From an uncultured Pirellulales bacterium (GTDB lineage Bacteria; Planctomycetota; Phycisphaerae; Sedimentisphaerales; Anaerobacaceae): a stretch of 64,000 nucleotides of DNA. The DNA is taken from the NCBI GenBank assembly GCA_964499145.1, contig CAZCIR010000012.1, forward strand, positions 3,603-67,602, written 5' to 3'. The position numbers and the translations under genes were made by a program. Shown in pieces: positions 1-8,406 of the stretch; the stretch's first letter is position 1, and every line of letters starts with the position of its first letter. Below the pieces are notes generated by a model. That model was not told where the DNA came from. It searched no databases and worked only from the letters and a program-made list of their open reading frames with translations.

Positions 1-801
1 CTTAAATGGCACTTTACGCAGCAGCTGCCTCTTGAAATGTACCCTGCAACGCTGCCAGGCCACAGCCTGAAAATGCCGGGCAATGGCCTTGCGGATACCA
101 CTGTGAGCATCCGAGACGATAATCCTTAAACCCTTTAATCGGCGGTCCTTGAGGTCTTTGAACAACTGGCCCCAGGTGTCCTCGGATTCGCTGTCGCCGA
201 TACGCCAGTCGAGGATTTCACATCTGCCGTCGGCGGTTATTCCCACGGCCACTAAGACGGCCTGGCTGACAATGTGGCCGTTGACTCGCACCTTCTCATA
301 GCGAGCATCAATCTGAAGATACGGATACTCGGTGTGGTCAAGACGACGGCGGCGAAAAGCAATAAGCTTTTCGTCAAGCTCGCAGGCGATTCGCGAAACT
401 GTAGCTGAGGAGATGTCCATGCCACACATAGCATCGAGGACATCCTGTACCTTGCGTGTGGAGACACCCTGAAAGTACATCTCGGCGCAGGCGATGAGTA
501 ATGCCCGTTCACTTCGCTGGAAGCGGTTGAACATCGAGGGCTGGTATGGAGGACAGTTGCGGCTCTGGGGTAGATGCAGGTGGAGTTTGCCGATGCGGCT
601 GGCAATGGTACGGGGCTTGTAGCCGTTGCGGTGGCCGATGCGGCTGGGGCTTCGCTGGTAGAAGTCAGCCTTGAGGTACTCGGCGGCTTCGGCGTTCATC
701 GCGGCGTCGAGCAGGACCTCCAGCAGTCGTTTTAGGGCTGAGTTTTGCGTAAAAACCTCTTGCAATAAGCGCCTGATATTGTCATTATCAATCTTTGCCA
801 T
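1..801 (-). CDS. IS256-family (mutator-type) transposase, first 267 codons; the 3' part runs off the window
   Basis: Absent from the supplied ORF track because it is open at the edge. My minus-strand translation from ATG 801..799 reads MAKIDNDNIRRLLQEVFTQNSALKRLLEVLLDAAMNAEAAEYLKADFYQRSPSRIGHRNGYKPRTIASRIGKLHLHLPQSRN...FQRSERALLIACAEMYFQGVSTRKVQDVLDAMCG...YPYLQIDARYEKVRVNGHIVSQAVLVAVGITADGRCEILDWRIGDSESEDTWGQLFKDLKDRRLKGLRIIVSDAHSGIRKAIARHFQAVAWQRCRVHFKRQLLRKVPFK. There is no stop in 267 codons and the motif order is typical of IS256/mutator transposases. Confidence 0.9.
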   Translation of the reverse strand, partial: MAKIDNDNIRRLLQEVFTQNSALKRLLEVLLDAAMNAEAAEYLKADFYQRSPSRIGHRNGYKPRTIASRIGKLHLHLPQSRNCPPYQPSMFNRFQRSERALLIACAEMYFQGVSTRKVQDVLDAMCGMDISSATVSRIACELDEKLIAFRRRRLDHTEYPYLQIDARYEKVRVNGHIVSQAVLVAVGITADGRCEILDWRIGDSESEDTWGQLFKDLKDRRLKGLRIIVSDAHSGIRKAIARHFQAVAWQRCRVHFKRQLLRKVPFK

Positions 802-955
802 CGTTTGTCCTTTCGAGTTTAATGGTTCTAAATATCTCTTGAATCGAAGCAAACGATGGCTTTTTACCATATTCCGCATGGGCTATGCCATGCCATAGGC
901 GGCCATTCCTTACGGGAAATTTACAGAAAGTATTTCACAGTCCATGGTTAATTGT
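1..955 (-). mobile_element. Left-edge-truncated IS256-family insertion sequence; the inner boundary near 955 is a guess
   Basis: Contains the transposase CDS 1..801 plus about 150 nt of upstream leader. The putative terminal repeat reads GGACTGTGAAATACTTTCTGTAAATTTCCC on the minus strand (about 926..955). The other IS end lies outside the window, so the inverted repeat cannot be confirmed. Confidence 0.5.
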
Positions 956-1542
956 TTAAGAAGTTAAATTGTTAATTAGGGAAAAGTTAAGTGTCTCCCC
1001 GACAGAAAAGCAATCAAGCAACCATCGTGGATCTGCGCTTCGCTTAGAGAGAAATTAGGCGCAGTTACCACCTATGTTGCAAGCTAAGGCATAAATGGCA
1101 TGGCCACAAGTACTTGGGGCATAAATGGCCTAAAATAACAAAGAACAGAAGAGTGAAAGAGCACCTAAACGTAAGAGCAAAAGCAGAAGTCAAGAGTCAG
1201 AATTCATAAGACAGGAAACAAAATAATTTAAAGATTAAAACTGAAAGTTAAAAAAAACCAAAAAGTTAATACTTACAAACAAAAGTGTATATTTGTCAGA
1301 TTAGGTAATGTTAACTACATTTAATTGGTGATTGGGGAAACTTCAATGGGTGACAATATTACATAGCTCATAGTAATTAAGTATTTGCGTACATACTAAA
1401 GTGCTATTTTGTTGCTAATGGTTTGATGGTTGAGATTGCGAGTTGCGGGATAAAAAAAGAAGCTGAGTCCTTTGTTTGTGGCTAAGGGAACACCACTCGG
1501 ATATCTTCGCTGTGCTTTTAACAACTAATCTTGAGAAAATTC

Positions 1543-1570
1543 TTGACAGTTGCGTGTTAAAGTGTAAAAT
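1543..1570 (+). promoter_or_regulatory. Sigma-70-like promoter candidate upstream of the repeat-protein gene
   Basis: TTGACA (1543..1548), a 16-nt spacer, then TAAAAT (1565..1570), about 150 nt upstream of ATG 1721. Found by hexamer match only. Confidence 0.3.
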
Positions 1571-1720
1571 TTAATACATTATGCTATTTGAAAAGCACCG
1601 AAAGGAGGAGGTAATATAGAGTATTCATTATTGCACAATTGGGGAATTATTAAAAAGGTATCAGCGTGCTCATAGCGCGTTTTGGTAGTTATAAATAAAT
1701 ATTTTCGAAAGGAAAGAAAG

Positions 1721-4700
1721 ATGAAAAGTGCAAAAATGCTAACAATTCTGGTTCTGGCATTGGCTATAATTTTGACACGGCCTGAGGTCAGTGAGGCGGC
1801 GCCAATGGGAACCGCTTTTACCTATCAGGGGCATCTGTATGACGCTAATTATGCGGCAAACGGACAGTATGATTTTGCATTCAAGCTGTATGATGCCAAT
1901 GTCGGAGGCAGCAAAGTAGGAACTGACGTTAATTTAGCTGATGTGGATGTAATCGATGCTTATTTTACAGTGGAACTGGATTTCAACGATGTCAACGCAT
2001 TTAACGGCGAAGCTCGCTGGCTGGTAATTGGCGTTCGGGTGGGTGATATGAACGACCCCAACAGCTATACAATACTTAGTCCGCGTCAGGAAGTAACGCC
2101 GACACCATACGCACTTTATGCCAAAAACGCCGCCGGTGACTCCGACTGGAGTATATCAGGAAGCAATATGTATTCCAGCGTAACCGGCAATGTCGGCATC
2201 GGTACAACGAGCCCGGGTAAAAAATTAGATGTGGCAGGAGGGATAAACGCTACCGATTATTACTACCTGAATGACAATGTACTCGTATACAATACCCCCG
2301 GGACCGGCAATTTTTTTTACGGCTGGGATGTAGCTGTTCAAAAACATAGTATGGCAACGAATGGCGTAGAACGGCTGGTCATCGATAGTGCAGGCAATGT
2401 CGGCATCGGAACAACAACTCCATCGGCTAAACTTGACGTCGTGGGTACTCTGGAAGTCGTAGCGAGCGACACTTTAAGCGTTAGCGCTTCTAATTCAAAT
2501 ACATCAGGTTATGCTGTTTACGGTCAAGCTTCAGGCAGCAGTGGGGGCGGTGTGCAGGGCTGGGCAAATAACACGGGAAATGTAATGAATGTTGGTGGTA
2601 TGTTTCAGGCGGAGGGTGAAGAAGGTCGGGGTGTTTATGGCGCTGCCAATAATACAGCAGATTCCATCAACTTCGGAGGATACTTCAGGGCATCGGGCGG
2701 CCGGGGACGGGGTGTAGCTGGTTCCTGTACAGGCACAAATGGTGTAGGTGTCTATGGCTCCGCTTCTGGAGACAATGGTATAGGGATTATCGGGAGTACC
2801 AGCGGCGGCACGTCCAGCAAAGGCGTTTACGGCTGGGCTTCGTCTACAACAGGGACTAACATCGGAGTACACGGGAAGACAAGCAGTAATGACGGCTATG
2901 CCGGATATTTTGATGGCGGACGTAACTACTTTGGAGGCAATGTCGGTATCGGAACGACCAATCCTACCGAGGCTCTGGAAGTAATTGGGACGGCAAAAGC
3001 AGATGCGTTTGTCGGAGACGGCAGCAGCCTGACGAATCTTCCGCTGACACCCGATACAGACTGGACCATTTCAGACAGTAACATGTATTCGGATGTATCC
3101 GGTAACGTTGGGATCGGGACGAGCAGCCCGGCAGGGACTTTGGAAGTGAGTCACGACGGTTCCAGCAACGATTTGGTTGTAGATTCGAGTACGGGCAACA
3201 TAGGCATTGGAATAATACCGAATTCATCGTATAAGCTCTTTGCTAACACCAGTAGTGATGCAACATGTGGTCGATTTGTCAACTGGGCAATTTCCGCCTA
3301 TTCTACCGGCGTCTCCGGTCTGGCTCAGGGACCCGGTGGGACCAACCACTACGGAGTTTACGGTTACGCACACGGCGGGACAAATAACTGGGCAGGCTAT
3401 TTCAATGGGAATCTATATGCCGCGGGTAATGTCGGTATCGGCACGGAAACTCCCGCAGGTATCCTGCAAGTAAGTCATGATGGTTCCAGCAGCGATTTAG
3501 TTGTGGACCCCAACGAAGGTAACATTGGGATAGGAACAGCACCGAGTTCGTCATATAAACTCGCCGCCTATACCAATAGTGATGTAGTATGTGGTCGTTT
3601 TAACAATACGGGCAGCTCTGGTTATAGCTATGGCGTTGCCGGATATGCCCAGGGACCGGGCGGAACAAATCATCTCGGTGTTTATGGTTACGCATATGGC
3701 GCAACAAACAACTGGGCCGGCTATTTCAACGGCCGACTTTATGCAGAGACCGCCGGCATCGGGACAGAAAGTCCCCAAGAGACCCTTGATGTGGATGGGA
3801 CGGTCAGGATGACTGGATTCAAAATGACTGGCTCAACAGCATCCGGCTATGTACTGACATCGAACTCGACAGGCCAGGGAAGCTGGCAGGCGGTTCCCGG
3901 TTTTTCACTGCCGTACTCAGGCAGCACATCGAGCATGTCGCGCGGCATCAGCGTAACGAAGACAGTGGGCGGGGATGGTATTTACGCCCAGACGCCGGGA
4001 GCAGGCTATAGCGCTCTGGAGGGATATGCTACTGGAGCGGGTGGCATAGGAGTTCGGGGCAGGGCCGGAGTAGATTCTACTATGGCAGGATATTTTTCTG
4101 CGACTTCTAATCCGAATGGGCGTGCTGTCACCGGCTATGGGGCAGAGTATGGAGGATTCTTCAACGGTGACAAATTCGGAGTCTATGGTTTCGGCTCAGA
4201 CAAGGGCTATGCACAGAACTCCGGGGGAGTATTTATCGCGTCCGGCTCGGAAGGCAGAGGCGCTTATGGGGGTGCCACTGACCCAAATGATGTGATCAAC
4301 TACGGCGGGTATTTTTACGCGAGGGGCTGGCGCGGGTACGGAGTGTATGGCGAGGCGGAATCGGCAACAGGCGTAAACTACGGTGTCTATGGCAAAACCA
4401 ATTCGGCAGACGGGTATGCCGGTTATTTTGAAGGAAATGTAAAGGTCGAAGGGGAAATCAAAAAAACCGTCTCAGGCGGAACAATGGAGCGTGCCACACC
4501 GATTGCATACGCCTTTATTGGTTCAGACGGTTTAAAAGATTCAGGCACACCGAACGTCAGCAGTACGTGGAATGCCGGCTCACAGTATTACGAAATTACC
4601 ATCAGCGGTGAAAGTTATTTTTATAATACCTATGTGACGACAATAACTTTAGGTGGCAGTACTGCGGGTGTCGCACGCACGAGTAGTGTAAGCGGTAAAC

Positions 4701-4774
4701 TTTTAGTTTATATCTACAACTTATCCGGTACACTGATGCAATCGAACTTTCAGTTTGTAACTTATAAACCATGA
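1721..4774 (+). CDS. Large secreted repeat protein (tail-fibre-like / beta-helical surface protein), function unknown
   Basis: Track ORF 1682..4774. I prefer ATG 1721, which has AAGGAAAGAAAG upstream and starts a signal peptide MKSAKMLTILVLALAIIL..EVSEA. It carries many copies of GNVGIGT(T/S)xPxxxL(D/E)V and GV(Y/H)G...GYAGYF modules. The N-terminal FTYQGHLYD...YDFAFKLYDA...RWLVIGVR module is common in such surface proteins. Confidence 0.85.
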   Translation: MKSAKMLTILVLALAIILTRPEVSEAAPMGTAFTYQGHLYDANYAANGQYDFAFKLYDANVGGSKVGTDVNLADVDVIDAYFTVELDFNDVNAFNGEARWLVIGVRVGDMNDPNSYTILSPRQEVTPTPYALYAKNAAGDSDWSISGSNMYSSVTGNVGIGTTSPGKKLDVAGGINATDYYYLNDNVLVYNTPGTGNFFYGWDVAVQKHSMATNGVERLVIDSAGNVGIGTTTPSAKLDVVGTLEVVASDTLSVSASNSNTSGYAVYGQASGSSGGGVQGWANNTGNVMNVGGMFQAEGEEGRGVYGAANNTADSINFGGYFRASGGRGRGVAGSCTGTNGVGVYGSASGDNGIGIIGSTSGGTSSKGVYGWASSTTGTNIGVHGKTSSNDGYAGYFDGGRNYFGGNVGIGTTNPTEALEVIGTAKADAFVGDGSSLTNLPLTPDTDWTISDSNMYSDVSGNVGIGTSSPAGTLEVSHDGSSNDLVVDSSTGNIGIGIIPNSSYKLFANTSSDATCGRFVNWAISAYSTGVSGLAQGPGGTNHYGVYGYAHGGTNNWAGYFNGNLYAAGNVGIGTETPAGILQVSHDGSSSDLVVDPNEGNIGIGTAPSSSYKLAAYTNSDVVCGRFNNTGSSGYSYGVAGYAQGPGGTNHLGVYGYAYGATNNWAGYFNGRLYAETAGIGTESPQETLDVDGTVRMTGFKMTGSTASGYVLTSNSTGQGSWQAVPGFSLPYSGSTSSMSRGISVTKTVGGDGIYAQTPGAGYSALEGYATGAGGIGVRGRAGVDSTMAGYFSATSNPNGRAVTGYGAEYGGFFNGDKFGVYGFGSDKGYAQNSGGVFIASGSEGRGAYGGATDPNDVINYGGYFYARGWRGYGVYGEAESATGVNYGVYGKTNSADGYAGYFEGNVKVEGEIKKTVSGGTMERATPIAYAFIGSDGLKDSGTPNVSSTWNAGSQYYEITISGESYFYNTYVTTITLGGSTAGVARTSSVSGKLLVYIYNLSGTLMQSNFQFVTYKP
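3101..3748 (+). repeat. Intragenic tandem duplication, 2 x 324 nt (108 codons each) inside the repeat-protein gene
   Basis: Unit 1 (3101..3424) encodes GNVGIGTSSPAGTLEVSHDGSSNDLVVDSSTGNIGIG...NWAGYFNGNLYAA. Unit 2 (3425..3748) encodes GNVGIGTETPAGILQVSHDGSSSDLVVDPNEGNIGIG...NWAGYFNGRLYAE. The units are in phase and clearly homologous at both nucleotide and protein level. Confidence 0.9.
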
Positions 4775-4815
4775 CTTGAAACGGAAATGTGACTATGAGA
4801 GCATAGGAGAAAATA

Positions 4816-5220
4816 ATGAATTCAGGCAAAAAAACCGTTGATATTTTATTGACATTGTGCATTTTAGTTTTGTTTTTAAGCGCGGCAGCATTTGCAGATT
4901 ACAAATTAAGCTGGAGCACGATTGACGGCGGTGGAGGGGTAAGCAGTGGCGGGCAGTACATAGTTAGTGGTACGATAGGTCAGCACGACGCGGCATACTC
5001 AGCGGGCGGAGATTATGAGTTGTTGGGTGGGTTCTGGCCGGGCGAGCCAGTATGCACGGTTGATTTCTACCATTTTGCAAGATTCGCCGAGCTTTGGCTT
5101 GAAACCGGACCCGGGCTGGCTGCTGACCTGTATGAGGATAATGTCGTCGACGAACTTGATTTGAAGCTGTTCGTTGATGAATGGCTGGACTATTGTCCGT
5201 ATGACTGGCCGTTAAGGTAA
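4816..5220 (+). CDS. Small secreted protein with a GGGG-motif domain and a dockerin/EF-hand-like acidic C-terminus
   Basis: AGGAG lies upstream of the ATG and there is a signal peptide (LLTLCILVLFLSAAAFA). Motifs are YKLSWSTIDGGGGVSSGGQYIVSGTIGQHDA...GGDYELLGGFW and a C-terminal DLYEDNVVDELDLKLFVDEWL. Confidence 0.75.
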   Translation: MNSGKKTVDILLTLCILVLFLSAAAFADYKLSWSTIDGGGGVSSGGQYIVSGTIGQHDAAYSAGGDYELLGGFWPGEPVCTVDFYHFARFAELWLETGPGLAADLYEDNVVDELDLKLFVDEWLDYCPYDWPLR

Positions 5221-5428
5221 GAGAGGACAGAAGACAGAGGACGGACGAGAGGCGATAGAGGATGCTCGATGGTAGATACTCGATGCTGGATACTCGTATC
5301 TCGCGAAGCCCTTTGACTACACTCAGGGTAAACTCTGAAGTGTATCTCGCAACAGAAAAAAACTGCTAAATACGCCATTGGCAAGGCCAAATATTTTGGG
5401 CAATATCCCCGTCGAAAGAAACGATTAT

Positions 5429-5454
5429 GGATTCCTGACTGCGCAGGAATGACA
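5429..5454. repeat. REP-like palindromic element, copy 1 (GGATTCCTG-N-CGCAGGAATGACA)
   Basis: The sequence is ggattcctgactgcgcaggaatgaca. The arms ATTCCTG and CAGGAAT are inverted repeats. A near-identical copy lies at 11821..11846. Confidence 0.7.
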
Positions 5455-5488
5455 ACACACGCAATAAATTGGGGTGCGTTATAAGTAA

Positions 5489-5516
5489 TTGTTAAATTAG
5501 AGGGTTGAGTTATAAT
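5489..5516 (+). promoter_or_regulatory. Sigma-70-like promoter candidate for sixA / radical SAM gene pair
   Basis: TTGTTA (5489..5494), a 16-nt spacer, then TATAAT (5511..5516), 36 nt upstream of ATG 5552. Found by hexamer match only. Confidence 0.35.
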
Positions 5517-5551
5517 AACCGTGCAAAGATTTTGTTAAAAGGAGGTCAAAG

Positions 5552-6013
5552 ATGAAGTTATATCTTGTTCAGCATGCAAAAGCGGCTTCGGAGCAGGTGG
5601 ACCCGCAACGGCCGCTGACCGAGGAAGGACGCAGCGATATACAGAAAGTTGCAACATTTATAAAATCTTCGAATCTGTGTGTTGACTATTTGTGGCACAG
5701 CGGAAAGAAACGAGCAGAGCAAACAGCAAAAATTTTAGCTGAAGCTATCAAGATAAAAACATTGACCATCCACGACGGCCTTGGGCCAAATGACGACGTT
5801 AAGGCCTTTAAGGATGAGCTTATCTCGGTCAACGGCGATATAATGGTCGTCGGGCATCTGCCCTTTTTGAGTAAATTAGCATCACTTGTTTTAGCAGGGG
5901 CGGAGTTGGCTAATACAGTAGCATTCAAAAACGCCGGTATCGTATGTATAGACCGCTATGATAAAAATCAATGGCAAATCGACTGGTTCGTAACACCAGA
6001 ACTTATTGTCTAA
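5552..6013 (+). CDS. sixA: Phosphohistidine phosphatase SixA (histidine phosphatase superfamily)
   Basis: A strong RBS AAAGGAGG precedes the start. The N-terminus MKLYLVQHAKA...PLTEEGR carries the RHG-type motif variant, with a later MVVGHLPFLS. At 153 aa the size is typical of SixA. Confidence 0.8.
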   Translation: MKLYLVQHAKAASEQVDPQRPLTEEGRSDIQKVATFIKSSNLCVDYLWHSGKKRAEQTAKILAEAIKIKTLTIHDGLGPNDDVKAFKDELISVNGDIMVVGHLPFLSKLASLVLAGAELANTVAFKNAGIVCIDRYDKNQWQIDWFVTPELIV

Positions 6014-6022
6014 AAACCAGAT

Positions 6023-6910
6023 ATGACATTTTTATCAGCTAATCCCGGGCCGTTTAGTGAAGCCGTTTCGAAATTGTGGGATTGTATGAATCCATGTATG
6101 CTATGTCCGCGCAGGTGCAAAGTTGATCGCGGCAAAGGCGAAATCGGCTTTTGCGGCATCGGCGATAAGCCGATAGTCAGCTCCGTCGGGCCACACTACG
6201 GCGAAGAAAGCGTTCTTGTCGGTCAGGGGGGATCGGGAACGATATTTTTCGCCGGCTGTAATCTCGGCTGCGTCTTCTGCCAGAACTCCGATATCAGCCA
6301 TCATCGCAGCGGCCGAGAGGTTACAATCGAAGAATTAGCACAATCTATGCTCCGCCTTCAAAGTATCGGCTGCAGTAATATCAACTTCGTCACACCTACT
6401 CACGTTATACCAGCTATTGCGGCTGCTATTGAATCGGCCAAAAAGAAAGGCCTGACTTTGCCTACGGTCTACAATACCGGCGGATACGATTCAGTTGAAA
6501 CGTTAAAAATGCTCGACGGCTTTATAGATATTTATATGCCGGATATGAAGTACTCGGATTCGGCGGCAGCAGAGGAGCTATCCAGCGCAGCGGATTATCC
6601 GCAGGTGAATCGCGAGGCGGTCAAAGAGATGCACCGACAAGCAGGCGATTTACAAATAGAAAAAGGGCTGGCTACACAAGGTCTCTTAATAAGACATTTA
6701 GTTTTACCGGAGAATCTGGCAGGCAGCTTCGAGATAGTAGATTTTTTAGCAGAGCAAATCAGCCAAAAAACAGCGATTAATGTGATGGAACAGTACCATC
6801 CCTGTTATCAGGCACACTTACACCCCAAAATAAACCGCAGACCTACCCCACAGGAAATCGAATCCGTCCGCCGGTACGCAATCAAAAAGGGGCTACGGGT
6901 CATTTCATAG
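6023..6910 (+). CDS. Radical SAM protein, PflX-like (pyruvate formate-lyase-activase homologue)
   Basis: It has the CxxxCxxC cluster GCNLGCVFCQN and an N-terminal Cys-rich CPRRCKVDRGKGEIGFCG. The length and motif order match the PflX/COG1313-type family. Confidence 0.8.
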   Translation: MTFLSANPGPFSEAVSKLWDCMNPCMLCPRRCKVDRGKGEIGFCGIGDKPIVSSVGPHYGEESVLVGQGGSGTIFFAGCNLGCVFCQNSDISHHRSGREVTIEELAQSMLRLQSIGCSNINFVTPTHVIPAIAAAIESAKKKGLTLPTVYNTGGYDSVETLKMLDGFIDIYMPDMKYSDSAAAEELSSAADYPQVNREAVKEMHRQAGDLQIEKGLATQGLLIRHLVLPENLAGSFEIVDFLAEQISQKTAINVMEQYHPCYQAHLHPKINRRPTPQEIESVRRYAIKKGLRVIS

Positions 6911-6939
6911 GGTTCCGGCAGGAGGGAGTAATTTACTGC

Positions 6940-7452
6940 CTATATGTTCGGTTCTTCATTTACCTCAGCGGGAGGCTGCTGCTCTAATTCTTCAAATATC
7001 CCTTCAGTCTGCTCTTCAAGCTCGTCAACAGCCGCTTGCAATTCTTCGTTCTCGTCATTCAGCTCCCGGACCCTTACCCTCTCCGCCTGTAACTGTTTTC
7101 TCATTCTTTCAATCGCAATCTGAAAGTTTTTTACCTCGGCGACGGCAGCATCCCGCTCCTTAGTAACTTTAGTAACCTGAGATTGCAATTTCTCCCAGGT
7201 CTGCGTGACAGCAGCAAGCTCCGAGAGGGCATTTTCCCGCTCTTCTAAAATTTCAGCTACTTCCTGCTTAAGCTCATCTCTTTCAGCTTTAACCCGCTCC
7301 AATTCGGACCTGGTCCTTGCCAATTCGGCTTTGGTCTTTTCTGCTTCTGCAATAGCTACATCTCTTTCTTTATCGTTGCGGTCGCAACCGGTCAACATCG
7401 ACAGACAAACCAACAAAAATAATAAATTGAGAACAAATCTGCTTTGATTCAT
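6940..7452 (-). CDS. Coiled-coil lipoprotein, function unknown
   Basis: Track ORF 6940..7536. I prefer ATG 7452 because a strong AAGGAG lies 8 nt upstream. It begins with the lipoprotein signal MNQSRFVLNLLFLLVCLSMLTGC. The rest is a heptad-like E/K/R/L-rich coiled coil. Confidence 0.7.
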   Translation of the reverse strand: MNQSRFVLNLLFLLVCLSMLTGCDRNDKERDVAIAEAEKTKAELARTRSELERVKAERDELKQEVAEILEERENALSELAAVTQTWEKLQSQVTKVTKERDAAVAEVKNFQIAIERMRKQLQAERVRVRELNDENEELQAAVDELEEQTEGIFEELEQQPPAEVNEEPNI

Positions 7453-7522
7453 TTTCTTGCTCCTTAAATATCCGAAAATCCTATCGCATTTTTGGTCGTC
7501 AAGGTCTTTCAGGAATTCTTTC

Positions 7523-8386
7523 TTATTCATCACCAACCTCGAACTTATAGCTTAGTAACTTGTAAATAAGCTTGGCAGCTAAGAAATCAGGGGCCTTGTT
7601 TTTTACATCAGGACATAATTCAACAACGTCAAAGCCGACAATGTTCTTACTGCCGGAAACCTCCTTCAATAAAACCAGCACGTCATACCACAACAATCCA
7701 CCCGGCTCAGGAGTCCCGGTAGAGGGCATTATAGAAGGGTCAAATACATCCAGGTCTATTGTTATATAAACATTGTCAGAGAGTTTGGAAATAACTTTTT
7801 TAATCCAGGCCGTATTGTTGTATATGTCCTTTGCAAAAAATGCCCTGGACAGATCTAAAGATTTTTTCTCAGAGTAATCCATACTTCTGATACCCACCTG
7901 TACAATCGGACAAAGCTCTTTAATCCGAGCCATAACACAAGCATGGCTATATTTTGAACCGTTGTATTCCTGCCTTAAATCAGTATGGGCGTCCAACTGC
8001 AAAACAGTAAGATTCTCGTATTGCTCCGTATGAGCTTTAATCGAGCCGATGCTGACCGAGTGCTCACCGCCTGTAATGACCGTGAACTTGTTCTTTTCAA
8101 GATAATATTTTGTAATTTGTGTAACTGCCTGAATCATTTCCGCAGTAGAAATATCTCCGCCTATTTCCTCCTCGGTAAATATACCTTTCTTGTAAACCTG
8201 CGAATCAGTCTCTATATCATAAAGCTCCATATTAGCTGAGGCTTCAATTATCGCCGCCGGCCCTTTGTCGGCACCTTTGACCCAGGTGCTCGTTCCATCG
8301 TAGGCGACAGGAATAATAACTACACCAGCATCATCCTGATTGGAATATTCTTCGGGCAGATACCCAAAATTAATTGTTTCTTTCAT
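7523..8386 (-). CDS. speB: Agmatinase (arginase/ureohydrolase family)
   Basis: Mn-binding motifs are present in canonical order: GGEHSVS, LDAHTDL, DLDVFDP and the PEPGG loop. It sits 20 nt downstream of pdaD. Confidence 0.9.
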   Translation of the reverse strand: MKETINFGYLPEEYSNQDDAGVVIIPVAYDGTSTWVKGADKGPAAIIEASANMELYDIETDSQVYKKGIFTEEEIGGDISTAEMIQAVTQITKYYLEKNKFTVITGGEHSVSIGSIKAHTEQYENLTVLQLDAHTDLRQEYNGSKYSHACVMARIKELCPIVQVGIRSMDYSEKKSLDLSRAFFAKDIYNNTAWIKKVISKLSDNVYITIDLDVFDPSIMPSTGTPEPGGLLWYDVLVLLKEVSGSKNIVGFDVVELCPDVKNKAPDFLAAKLIYKLLSYKFEVGDE

Positions 8387-8406
8387 AGCAAATCCCGCCG
8401 ATGTAT

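Noticed and set aside
252-898. Track ORFs 252..605(-) and 671..898(+)
   Set aside because: They are an off-frame shadow and an antisense shadow of the IS256-family transposase frame (1..801, minus strand), which translates cleanly for 267 codons. Their own sequences are low-complexity (A/S/R/P-rich) with no motifs.
2531-3812. Several 73-113-aa ORFs on both strands inside the repeat-protein gene
   Set aside because: They are embedded in, or antisense to, a 1017-codon ORF with a clear signal peptide and repeat structure. Repetitive GC-rich glycine codons generate open shadow frames.
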